Below are positions 39,791-52,091 of a DNA stretch of 64,000 bases, one piece after another (the stretch's first letter is position 1; every line of letters begins with the position of its first letter). The DNA is from Octopus bimaculoides (taxonomy: Eukaryota): positions 17,137,280-17,201,279 of the forward strand of contig NC_068989.1 of assembly GCF_001194135.2 (NCBI RefSeq), in the 5' to 3' direction. The notes below the pieces were generated by a model, which was not told the origin of the DNA, ran no database searches, and was given only the letters and a program-made list of their open reading frames with translations. The position numbers were made by a program, and so were the translations under genes.

Positions 39791-40638
39791 GCAAGATCAA
39801 TGCCTACCTACAAAGAACTACCAGGCCAACATATTAAAGAACGGCAGCTCCCCATTATGTCGTATATGCCAACAACAAAATGAGACCATCGATCATGTTG
39901 TCTCCATGTGCAGTCTGCTTGCACCTACAGAGTATCTCAACAGGCATGATAGAGCTGCACAATATATTCACTGGGTAATATGCAAAAACCTGGACTTGCC
40001 CCATGATAAAAACTGGTGGGAACACAAACCACCCCCAGTATTTGAAAATGATCACATTGCACTCCTCTGGAACTTCACCATTCAAACTGACAGAAAGATA
40101 NNNNNNNNNNNNNNNNNNNNNNNNNNNNNNNNNNNNNNNNNNNNNNNNNNNNNNNNNNNNNNNNNNNNNNNNNNNNNNNNNNNNNNNNNNNNNNNNNNNN
40201 NNNNNNNNNNNNNNNNNNNNNNNNNNNNNNNNNNNNNNNNNNNNNNNNNNNNNNNNNNNNNNNNNNNNNNNNNNNNNNNNNNNNNNNNNNNNNNNNNNNN
40301 NNNNNNNNNNNNNNNNNNNNNNNNNNNNNNNNNNNNNNNNNNNNNNNNNNNNNNNNNNNNNNNNNNNNNNNNNNNNNNNNNNNNNNNNNNNNNNNNNNNN
40401 NNNNNNNNNNNCTCATGGGAACTGCCCATATCCTACGTAAAATACTGTCTATGTGATCTCAAATTTTAAAGCAAACATAATTTTCTTATGGTTTCTTAAA
40501 TATTCACTAGAACAAAACTGTACAAATCCAAATATATGGTACCCTAGGCATAACACCTACATGAGCTTCTAACTCTTGAGGTCTCTGGGTGAGACTTGGA
40601 TCCAACTTGTACAAATGCAAAACAAAAGTCAAACATAA
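39790..40638 (+). mobile_element. R4/Dong-like 3' fragment (family C), spanning a gap
   Basis: QDQCLPTKNY...CRIC...DHVVSMC...RHD...LLWNFTIQTDRKI; after the gap MGTAHILRKIL*. Ends in (TAA)n. Confidence 0.85.
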
Positions 40639-40674
<36 letters not shown>

Positions 40675-40829
40675 CCTTTCTACAATAGGCATAAAGCCTG
40701 AAATTTTAGGGGAGGGGGCTAGTCGATTACATCGACCTCAATGTTTTACTGGTACTTATTTCATCGATCCCGATGGACAGCTGACACATTCCCATCATAC
40801 CCAGCAAAACAAGCTGTGAGTTTTCATCA

Positions 40830-40879
<50 letters not shown>

Positions 40880-42353
40880 CAACAACAACGTCAACAACAA
40901 CAGTAACAACGACGACGAAGAGGAGTATGGTAATGATGTAGCCGAGAGAAAATATGGAAGTTTGAGGATTTCATACTCAGGTATTTAAATTAAGAAGCGA
41001 TTGCTATGTTCATAGTACGGCCGATGTGAAGTGAGTTAGTTTAACAGAGAAGCGAAAGCAAGTCACTGGTCCGACTCATTGACTACAAATTAACTGATAT
41101 AATGCAATTAAAGTCTTATAGAATAGCCGTATGATGAAAGACGTTCCAGCCAAACAATAACATATATTTCTAGAGTATCTATGGTGTGTCCTATACTAAA
41201 GATATTTTTTAAGGGCGATTTCAAAAGTATTTCTCGCAGGTCAAATGATCACGTAGATTCTCACAACTGTGTCTTATCTTTACGTCAGTCGAGTGATCAA
41301 TGTGATATTTTGCTTCTAGTCTTGTAGGATGGTAACTTGCAAGAATCTACGTCATCTTTTAATGTGCCTTGTCTTTTGATGTGCCAGGCGAGTAAATTAT
41401 CGCACAACTAACCTATCTTACTGGATTAATCCTCTCTCTCACAATTATTAAAATTGTCACACTCGCCAAAATCTATTAACTCAAACTATAGCTTTCAGTT
41501 ATCATACGGACTGGCAAATATACATGAAGACGATAGTTTATTGAGAAAGATTAATAAGACAAACATGTCCAAGTTATTCACGATACTTACTAAAAGTCAG
41601 TGTCACATTCCATTGCATTCCCCCATTTAATTGATTTTTTTAATTAATTTTAATTTCAGAGTTATCTACCTGTCTTTCATTCTCACTATTAATAATTAAC
41701 CAGATTTCTTTTTCTTTACAATATAAGTCAAATTTGAATAAAGTATAACATTTTTTGTCGCTACATTCAGTTAGATCTGATTCATCAGCAAAATGATGTC
41801 CTATTTCTATTTCATCCAGTTATGAGTTGAACACAGATCTGAAAATGTAACGTTTTATCCTAACTATAACTTGATTTGTTCCTCGTTCCCCATCCGAACC
41901 AAAAAACTAGCTTTACAAGAAGATTGCTATGATTCTCGTAACATCATTATTCATGCATGATATTGAGATTATATATTAGGGTATGTTGGGAACTGAAAAG
42001 TAACATTTTCAGAGGCGCAAGCGACTTAAACAAAGTCAAATCCCTACTGGATACTGAAAGTGCGTCCTAGTTTCGGAACACGAGTAATTCATCTCTCACT
42101 CAACGTAATACTGGGCATTAACTATATTGAATAAGCAAGAGTTGGTACGCTTAAACTGGAATGTAAAGTTGTTTTGTTTTGAAACTAAAGAAGATCAAAT
42201 ATAGCTCAAAAGAGGAGTACATTCCTTCTTCAATGCAAACCAATCTATTTCCACTTTAAACTGTTTATTTTACTCATTTAATCATCCTTCCCCAGTCTTC
42301 TCATACTCTACTTTTTATTATATTAAATATATATTTTATGCTTGGAAACTTAC

Positions 42354-45300
42354 CTGGAAGAAATTGAGAGTTTTCACGTAACCAATTTCAAGTCCTGGTC
42401 CAAGGGCATAGCACACGCTGTCGGGTCTTTCTTCAGTCGCAGCTATTGCTTTATGAAGAGACATAAACAGACATTCCATGCTTGGGGGAAGTAATTCATG
42501 AGTCGGCATAGAAATGCTGCTTGGTGGCCAATCACTTGAATGACTTAATTCTGATTCATTGATATACCATTGACGAAGGGAAGTGTCTGACAATGTATAA
42601 TCTCCTAGAAATGAATCGTTTTGTTCTTGAACACCTCTGTTTGTAGGATAAATATTTCCTGTTTCAATGTTTCCTACCTCAAAACCGTTATGTAACATGT
42701 GTGTTTCACTAGTTTTCATCTTGTTAGTATCATAAAACTTTTCACTGCTATTCACACGATTCGCACAACAGTTACAGCCGGGACATTTAGGCAGCTCATC
42801 CAGTGCTGGTTCACCAATTGAAGCTAATTCCTCAATGTCTGCCAAAGATGATACATTCGTAGCATCTGATCTCTCAAAGTATTGGAAATACATATTTTGT
42901 TCTGCTGGGTTAGACACTGACGTAAATGTCTGGTTACCAAAACTTTCGTTGATATGTAATTCTTCTTCGGTATCAGTTAGTGGTAGTTCGTTGAGACCGT
43001 GAGGATAAGATTGGTACTGACGTGCAAAAGATCCCCTATATAAACCTGATGGTTGATTACTTGTATGACAGTCACTGTAATGGTTCTGACATAGTCCAAC
43101 TTGTGGAATGTCACTCTTCCGTCTTTCTAATGTATTATCCCAATATAATCCTGATTTTTCTGAAATTTCAGACCATCTGTGTCCAGAATGAAGTTTTTCG
43201 AAAGGTGTCTGTTCACTCGTTTCAGGGGAGAAATCACTAGAATAAATGTCACTTCTATCATCCCGTTTCCGGTAGTCATAAGGAACAGTTAAATATTTCT
43301 GACGAACTGAGTCATCCACTCTGTTATATGTATTGCCATTATTCACAAGGGAGTTTTTGTCTATTTCATTAGGATTTAAAATTGCTTGCAGCAAAGCCCC
43401 ATTATACAGTTCACTAGAAAGAAATTCCTCCAAATCTCCGAAGATTTCTGGTGTCATATATTTCACTGAATTTTTTTCGAAATTTTCTCGATGCATTTCC
43501 ATCTCGTTAGGTTTGAACTGTTGAAAGCTGTCATATTCATTTATGTTAAAGTCATGGAGATGTTTAGCAGACGATTTTTCTACGAAGTGTTCTGTGCGTT
43601 TAAAATGGTCAGATTCTTTCTTCTGAAAGTCTGAATATTTTGTAAAAGGTGTTGTTGTAACATCACAAACGCTTTTTCTTTTCATAGTTCTCCTTTCATT
43701 AAATTCTTGAGTTCTTTGTGGGGAAGGAGATCTAGAATTTATAGCAATACCACTGTCATTGGTTTCTATTGTGAATTGACGCACTGGAACTTTGGCCGAT
43801 TTTCTTAACCAGTTCTGAACATAGCATTGACTCGTATCTTCTGCTGTTCCTATATTTTCTTTTTCGTTAGGGATTGTATGTTTCTCGAGAATAATAGTGG
43901 GGACTTCTTTGTTCGAATTTGCGAGAGCATTGCTATCAACTGTACTATTCAAAGCTTCCTTTTTATCATCGACATTGTAATTATGTAACACTAATAACTT
44001 ACGTTTCTTCACCGTCAGACTATTTTCACATTTGGAACTGTTTTTATTTTGACACTTGCCGTCATAATTTACTCGTAAATTGTGCTTGTTCCGCGGGTTT
44101 TTGAGGAAAATTTTAACCTCCGATTTAAAAATCTTACCTTCATCTCCCTGTCTCTCCGTTGAGGTAGAAGACGAATTAGATTTATTTGACATGTGACTGC
44201 AGTAGTGTGGATCAGAAGCAATCCTAGAATGTATTCCACAAGATGGAAGGCATCCAGAACTATTACGAAAACATTTATTTGGATTTTCTCCATTACATTT
44301 ACTTTCATCATGGTGATAGAATGGACATCCAACACCTGTTTGTTTGCCATTTAATGCATCTATACATTTTTTACATCGACTCTGCTGTTGCCATATAAAT
44401 GGCGGGCTTCGACAGTCTTCATGAAATGTTTCATGTGGAGACAACGAATTAGGACATTCACAGCTTGTTGAGGTATTTTTCCATCTAGGAACTTCCATGT
44501 TTTCTAAAGGAAGCCTCGGAAATGTAGGTGTATGAACGGAAAATGTTTTATTCTTCCTCAGTGATCTAGTCTTACTCTCATTCTGAAGGGAGTCAAAACC
44601 AAATGTTTCTTTCTCATCATTGTATAAACTGCAAAACGAGCATTCAAGACTTGAATTAAAGCCATCGTCTTTGATAAGTTTTTCATTCATTTGAATATTT
44701 TTGCAAAGTGGAGATATTGGTTGTTGCAATAAATATTTTCTGCTGTGATGCGATTCGTCAGAACTTGGGGAATTTATATTGTCTAACCAATTAAAGACTT
44801 CCATGGATCTTTCATTTTTTAAAGATTTCGGTGAAGTATGTTGTAAGCTTGAATTGTAGCTGAAGGATCTACGGTATCGGCCTCTGTCTGCTAAATTTAT
44901 TTTACAGTGATTGTTTTCCGAAGAACAGTGTTCCTCAATATTTTCTGTTGTACGGAGGTTGCCATCTACATGAGAGAATTTAGAAGATTTTTCTGAATAA
45001 GGTGATGACCGTCTTTTCTGAGTGATAACTTTGTTAAAAGCACTGCTCGCAGAACCGATACTAATTTTGCTGACTCTCTCTGCATTCAAACACGATTGCA
45101 TTCTTTCAGGAAATATCAACCCTTGTGCTGGTTCATCCGAGTCTTTTGACTCATAGTATGTCGAATCGTCTTCACTTTCAGAGGAATCTGTTTCCCTGTC
45201 ATTACTGAGATATCTTGGAGACGCAGAAGGTGTGTAAAATTCGTTTGGTGAGTCTCCAGGGTTTAGTAAATAATTAGGCTGAATGTTCTCAACCGGTGTT

Positions 45301-46280
45301 GTACTGGTTGTATCACTTGAGGAGCTACTGTTTGTATATGTTGTGTCAGTTGATGTATTTATGCCAGGCGAACCGTCTACTACTATACTTTCTGATGAAG
45401 GATTTGAAGCTACTGATATTGATGCAAGACCACCTTGTGATGTCACTGAATTGGTATCTGCAAAGAGATGTGATGAATCACTGGATACGTCTTTGTCAGT
45501 ATTGTTAACATCTGTGGAGCTCTTCGAAATATCACATATATCGTTATTTTCTTTGATTTTATTCGGCAATACAGTTCTGCGAATCACTCGTAATTTCTTC
45601 ACTTTCACTTGCCTATTATTGGCCCAAAGAGCGGGTGTATCAATAGAAAGACTTTTCAGAAGCAATGCTTTTGAATTTGGATTAGATGAAATAGGATGGC
45701 TAACTATCACTCGAAACGGACTCCCATCGATATCAGTATCATGACGCTGAACACTTATATAGTGGACACCCGTTTTACGAGGTATATAACTAACCAAAGA
45801 TGTACCGTTCATCGACAGTTTGTAATCGTAAGGAATTATTTCTAAGCCATTATTATCTATCTCAAATATTCCATCACTGTGATAATCAAGAATGGGATTA
45901 CTAAATGACAATGTCTTAGTTTCTTGACGATTCAGATCAGTCTGTAGGTCAGTAATGGTTGATCTGAGCAATTTCTGAGGAAAACTATCTGAGGCATTCG
46001 GCCCAAGGATATTAATTTTCAAATACGTTGGAAATTTCTGCAGGCTTGAAATAGTAAACTGAGATTTTCTTCCGACCGTTGCATGTTTGTAACCAGAACC
46101 ACTGATAACTAATGAGCTGCTAGAGAGATCGGTGGGATTTTCCGGGATGTCATTGCAATCATTAAAACTTATCCATTTTTGTTGCTGTGCTGTAAGTTTA
46201 ATCATGTAAGCTAATCGAAATATTTTGTTCGCAGTGCTGTCATTGTTTGCTATGGCGATTTCTTCCGGTGCAATCAACGA
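42354..46280 (-). CDS. Filamin-like gene, 3,927-nt exon: end of CH domain, filamin repeat 1, long Ser-rich spacer, start of filamin repeat 2
   Basis: Stop-free 1,309-codon frame. Acceptor ttttttag at 46282-46281 is phase 0 and continues the CH domain (IPT|SLIAPEEI, cf. filamin IPQVITPEEI). Repeat 1 runs ISGSG...GRKSQFTI...ILGP...SYIPRKTGVHYISV...GSPFRVIV. The exon ends YALGPGLEIGYVKTLNFFQ at donor GTAAGT 42353 (phase 0). Confidence 0.92.
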
Positions 46281-47337
46281 CTAAAAAATATAAAGAAATC
46301 ATCGTTTAAGAGATTTGTGAAAATCATACGTTTATTAGTATATTAAAAACATCTCTATATAATTACATAACAATATCCTAACTGTTACCGCCACACGGGC
46401 TTTTTCTGCTAGAATTTATGGTGGCGTAACGATCAATTTTAAGCGCTGATTTCTTGCCCACCTGAGCTCCTTCAGGAATATCACTAAAAATCGATCTACA
46501 CCCACATCCACCACATCAAAATTATGATATTATCTATGGCATTGCCTGGTCCATAATTGAAAATGGAATACCGTACACAGAAACCAATTACCATGTAATT
46601 TATTCTGATGTGAGTCTCTTAGTATGAGAATAAAGACCGTCTCTTTAATCGCTTCTCTAGCGTAATCACATTTTGGTGCCACCAGTAGTTTTCTTATTAC
46701 CATAAATCACTATGTTCTAACCGAACTAATTATGCCTTCCAATTTTGTTCTAAGACTCTTTCGCTATAATACTTCCTTCATAACGCTCGTATTTCTCTTA
46801 CCGCTACATTTGGCGACATTTAGGTTTTTCACGTCTTTAGCATACCCACCAGCGTGTCTCTCTCTTCTTTTTCTCATACCAGCGCGCCATCACTTCATCT
46901 CCTCCTCCAGTTTTACTGATCAACGCGAAACGCACACTTTAAAATGTCCATAACTATGTCCTATTAGAGTCTTACTCAAGATTTTTATCTTTATTTTTTT
47001 ATCACTTTCCTACCATTTTTGGTCAGATATGATTTATGATAATGCTAAGCATCTGTTATGTGTCTCTGAAATCGGCTGGCCTAATACATTTCTGTCTCAC
47101 TGTTAATTTCTTCTTTGTTAGAAACCGGACCTCATTTGATCTAGTTTCCATAACAATTTTCTCTAACTTTATGGCCTGGCTTATTTCTTGCAGCTGTTAA
47201 CTGACGATTTTGAATTGCTAAAATTACTAATTCTCCATTGAGACCCAATCCTTTCCTCTCCATGTCCTTTTTCTCCTTATCTCCTCATACTTCTTGCTAT
47301 AACTCCTCTTCAACCATTCTTACATTTCTTCCTATTG

Positions 47338-47482
<145 letters not shown>

Positions 47483-47735
47483 ATAAAAATATTCTGTACT
47501 GTGCTATTTGTCAGCGGATACTATGACTGTGCCTTAAGGGTCTCTGAAATTTCGTATTAATCCATACGCTTGAAATACAATTGGACCTTATCAACATAAT
47601 ATGCATGCTTATGGCAGCGGTGACCGATTATCCGAAACAGCTGTAAAAAATTTGTAACATCACTTATTTGTACACGCAGCTTGCCGAGTGAATACGTTCC
47701 TTACACCCATTACTATTAGTTTGATTTTTCCGCAC

Positions 47736-47774
<39 letters not shown>

Positions 47775-47939
47775 TAGCCCCTGTGTGTAGCCCCTTGTGG
47801 GTAGTAAAGAAATAACATACACACACATACATGCATACAAGCATATATATTATATCTTATCATATTATATTATATATGAGTGAGTGCATTCAATTACTAA
47901 CCAGTTGTCCGATATTGTCCTCAACTCCATATTACTCAC

Positions 47940-48166
47940 CGTAGGTATATTTAAATGGTCGTTTGCCAACTGTAGTCCCAGACGACAGTTATTGACACGG
48001 TTGTGAGGCTGTAGGAAGGTAAAGTGTGGACATAAACCCGGGCAGACGGCGTTTAGAAGAGCGCATAGGACAATTCCATCGTTCCAGCTCGTGTGGAAAT
48101 TGGTCACTTGAAATTGTGGAAGAACATTCGAGATCCAAATCAGTAGATTTACCTTTCGTTGCTTTT
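47940..48166 (-). CDS. Filamin-like gene, internal exon encoding most of a calponin-homology (CH2-type) domain
   Basis: Translation KQRKVNLLIWISNVLPQFQVTNFHTSWNDGIVLCALLNAVCPGLCPHFTFLQPHNRVNNCRLGLQLANDHLNIPT follows the filamin CH2 pattern (LL.WI...LP...ITNF...W..G..L.AL.....PGLCP). Acceptor tgttgcag at 48168-48167 (phase 1); donor GTGAGT at 47939 (phase 0). Confidence 0.9.
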
Positions 48167-48245
48167 CTGCAACATATCGACAATGGTAAAATAATGTGAA
48201 CACACGGGAAACAATGTACTAACAACAATAGCAACAGAAGCAAAA

Positions 48246-48294
<49 letters not shown>

Positions 48295-48311
48295 ATAATA
48301 ATAATAATAAT

Positions 48312-48649
48312 AGTGGGGGAGTATCATAGCCATGTGTTGAGAGAAATTCTTTGGGGTTTGAATAATTCACCTTTGGAAAGATGGGTGTTTTGCACAACAT
48401 CCTTAAACAAACCTTATTCGGGACCTTTTGAGCGGGATAAGCTACTCGACCTGAAGAAAATTCTAACTGGGCCCCACCTGCAAGGTCATGCGCTGTTTAT
48501 CTTGATATGAGATCACCATGTCGCGCACATATGGTTGTGATGCATGTACCTAGTGTACCCTTATCAGACGGGTAATCATGATGGGTATAATGGGCTTCGT
48601 ATATTTTACCCCAGTGTCACTTTGATGGCATGCACTGCTCTCTCACTCA
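48312..48649 (+). mobile_element. (AAT)n-tailed element, 5'-truncated copy
   Basis: High similarity to the reverse complement of 5927-6265; AAT repeats on both sides. Confidence 0.8.
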
Positions 48650-48662
48650 GTAATAATAACAA

Positions 48663-49231
48663 TGATTTCTTTTATTTGCCATCATGGACAGTACAAAGGC
48701 AGACATAAAGAGTGGGGGTTTACATATAATGGCATGATGAAATGAAAAGTACACACGGTATATATTAGAAGGGAAGTATACATAGTATACGACACTAGAA
48801 GAAGAGGGGAAAAAGTGATAGTGACGGGGTCCCCTGATACAGGAGGACCTCGAGGGATACTCGAGGAACCCTACCATCCAAGATCACCCTGAATACTAAG
48901 GACGAGAGCCCTCTCCAACTCCACTCTTACCATTTTCGAAACTTTCACCCACCTTCTTATACATCCACTCGAGGACAGCACCTCCTTCTCCACCCTCACT
49001 TTCCGTTTCAAGTGAAACTTGAAAACGTCGATGAGGGTTGTACCAAAGAGGAAAATTTCTGTCCTCATTCCTTTCAGTCTCGTCCACCAGACAACCTCTT
49101 TCGCCACAACCACCAGACAAAGGAAAACTGCCTTGCCTGCCCTAGTAAAGGAGGGCGGCGGAGTAATCGTCATTATGGACTCGACTAACAGACAGATCCG
49201 TCCCACAGGCCACAGCAGCTGTTCGACATAG
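48663..49231 (-). mobile_element. Tx1/L1-like LINE 3' end
   Basis: ORF end VVWWTRLKG...TTLIDVFKFHLKRKVRVEKEVL...RWVKV, followed by a 3' UTR ending AATAAAAGAAATC. Homologous to 62080-62200. Confidence 0.65.
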
Positions 49232-50140
49232 NNNNNNNNNNNNNNNNNNNNNNNNNNNNNNNNNNNNNNNNNNNNNNNNNNNNNNNNNNNNNNNNNNNNN
49301 NNNNNNNNNNNNNNNNNNNNNNNNNNNNNNNNNNNNNNNNNNNNNNNNNNNNNNNNNNNNNNNNNNNNNNNNNNNNNNNNNNNNNNNNNNNNNNNNNNNN
49401 NNNNNNNNNNNNNNNNNNNNNNNNNNNNNNNNNNNNNNNNNNNNNNNNNNNNNNNNNNNNNNNNNNNNNNNNNNNNNNNNNNNNNNNNNNNNNNNNNNNN
49501 NNNNNNNNNNNNNNNNNNNNNNNNNNNNNNNNNNNNNNNNNNNNNNNNNNNNNNNNNNNNNNNNNNNNNNNNNNNNNNNNNNNNNNNNNNNNNNNNNNNN
49601 NNNNNNNNNNNNNNNNNNNNNNNNNNNNNNNNNNNNNNNNNNNNNNNNNNNNNNNNNNNNNNNNNNNNNNNNNNNNNNNNNNNNNNNNNNNNNNNNNNNN
49701 NNNNNNNNNNNNNNNNNNNNNNNNNNNNNNNNNNNNNNNNNNNNNNNNNNNNNNNNNNNNNNNNNNNNNNNNNNNNNNNNNNNNNNNNNNNNNNNNNNNN
49801 NNNNNNNNNNNNNNNNNNNNNNNNNNNNNNNNNNNNNNNNNNNNNNNNNNNNNNNNNNNNNNNNNNNNNNNNNNNNNNNNNNNNNNNNNNNNNNNNNNNN
49901 NNNNNNNNNNNNNNNNNNNNNNNNNNNNNNNNNNNNNNNNNNNNNNNNNNNNNNNNNNNNNNNNNNNNNNNNNNNNNNNNNNNNNNNNNNNNNNNNNNNN
50001 NNNNNNNNNNNNNNNNNNNNNNNNNNNNNNNNNNNNNNNNNNNNNNNNNNNNNNNNNNNNNNNNNNNNNNNNNNNNNNNNNNNNNNNNNNNNNNNNNNNN
50101 NNNNNNNNNNNNNNNNNNNNNNNNNNNNNNNNNNNNNNNN

Positions 50141-50515
50141 CTGACGATATGTCCATCTCTGATCATGAGCAGAAGTAGTGGAGGAGCATCATAGCCATGT
50201 GTTGAGAGGAATTCTTTGGGGTTTGGAGTAATTCACCTTTGGAAACATGGGTGTTTTGCTCAACATCCTTAAACAAACCTTATTCAGGGACCTTTTGAGC
50301 GGTATGGGCTACTCGACCTGAAGAAAATTCTAACTGGGCCCCACCTGCGAAATCATGCGCTGTTTATCTTGATATGAGACCACTATGTTGCGCACATATG
50401 GTTGTGATGCACGTGCCTGGTGTACCCTTATCAGACGGGTAGTCATGATGGGTATATTGGGCTTTGTATATTTTACCCCAGTGTCACTTTGATGGCATAC
50501 CCTGATCTCTCACTC
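50141..50515 (+). mobile_element. (AAT)n-tailed element copy
   Basis: Same sequence family; followed by long (AAT)n 50516-50780; 5' end runs into a gap. Confidence 0.8.
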
Positions 50516-50780
<265 letters not shown>

Positions 50781-50784
50781 ATAA

Positions 50785-51285
50785 AGTTTTGAGCACAAAC
50801 CGTAGAGATTGGCGGAGTCGGAAACCTGCAAAATCCTGTAGGATTTTCAAATCCAAACAGGTCAAGTGCTAGAGGATAACAAACCGGACTTAGTGGTGGA
50901 AGACAAGGTGTACCAAATGTGTTATATAATTGATGCTGTGTAACCCTTTGAGCCACGAATAGTCAAGAAGGAAGGCAAGAAAACCGACAGTCCTCTTCAG
51001 TACGATATATCCCAGCTATGGAAAATGAAGGTGAAGGTAGTGCCAATTATTGTCGGGCCCTTGGGGACAACATCAGAAGGCATTAAGAGGAATATAAAGG
51101 GAATCGGAACGAAATAACCCGTAAAGCTGTTAGAAACGGTTTGCCTCCTTGGCACGTCTGAGATAATCAGAAAAGTATTAGATAGTTGGAAAGAACAGAT
51201 AGCATGTTACTGTAGGCTGCAGGTAGCAAGCTCGCTAGGTATGCAAGACCCCAGAAGTTCCAACAAAAACTGGGTTAAAAAGAAC
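50785..51285 (+). mobile_element. R4/Dong-like 3' fragment (family B)
   Basis: Similar to 39300-39790; follows a ~270-bp (AAT)n tract. Confidence 0.8.
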
Positions 51286-51893
51286 AATAATAATAAAAAG
51301 TTTTTGATCTTGGAACAAGGCTAACATTTTAGATTGGTACTTGACTGGTACTTTATTTTATCAACCATGGAGCGATGAAAAGCAGATTCGACTATTATTA
51401 TTCGACTATTATTATTCAACTCTGGCGTCTTAACGATTCTAATAATGACTTCGAACATCAATAGCATACACTAGTGAACGTTATTGGCACTCTTTATTGA
51501 CACTGAAGTAATCAAATGTCAAACTGTACCATGCTTCTTAAAATGATTAGCAGTAATCCTCGTTGTTTATATGTGGCATATTTACTAGTAATATACTACG
51601 ATTAAGTCCAAAACAACGATATTCTTATTCGGACAAAAATATTGAAATTTTATTTCAAATTCACTAGACAGCATGAATTACAAAGTTCGCCGAGAAAAAA
51701 CCCACGACAAAACAGAGTCAATAATGAACGAAATATAAAGTTGTTAGACCTGCGAAAATTAACAGCTGGGTTTTTCTCCAATCTTTACCAAGAAAACTAA
51801 AGAAAATCATTATCAGAAGTTGTTACAGCAGCACTAGCTACAACAGCAACAACTCTGATGACTGAAGATACAAGAACAAAATATATTTCTTAC

Positions 51894-52091
51894 CGGATGA
51901 TAGAATGTCTTTGAGTAATTGGTGAAAGCTTGGTTGGTAAAGTTGGACACCAAGGCTGTTCTGAGCATTAAGATTTCTATATCTCTTCGTGAATATATAG
52001 AAAGGAGTAAAGCTGTGTAACCAGTAAAGTTGATTGTATATCTTGTACAACAAACAGTGAAGCAGTAACAGGATACATACCCGGGCTGTAG
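51894..52091 (-). CDS. Candidate upstream exon of the filamin-like gene (speculative)
   Basis: Open frame in unique sequence ending at donor G|GTAAGA (51893) in phase 1, compatible with the phase-1 acceptor at 48166 (joins as DILSS-E-KQRK). Phase-1 AGs at 52093-92 and 52087-86. ILLLLHCLLYKIY only loosely resembles the filamin CH1 end ILGLIWTLILHY. Confidence 0.3.

Noticed and set aside
45283-45744. 153-aa plus-strand ORF (and smaller ORFs at 43022-44350)
   Set aside because: Antisense shadows of the giant coding exon; no independent motifs.
46385-46412. Helitron-like 3' end (short hairpin then CTAG)
   Set aside because: The hairpin is imperfect, the following base is A rather than T, and no matching 5' end or second copy is seen.
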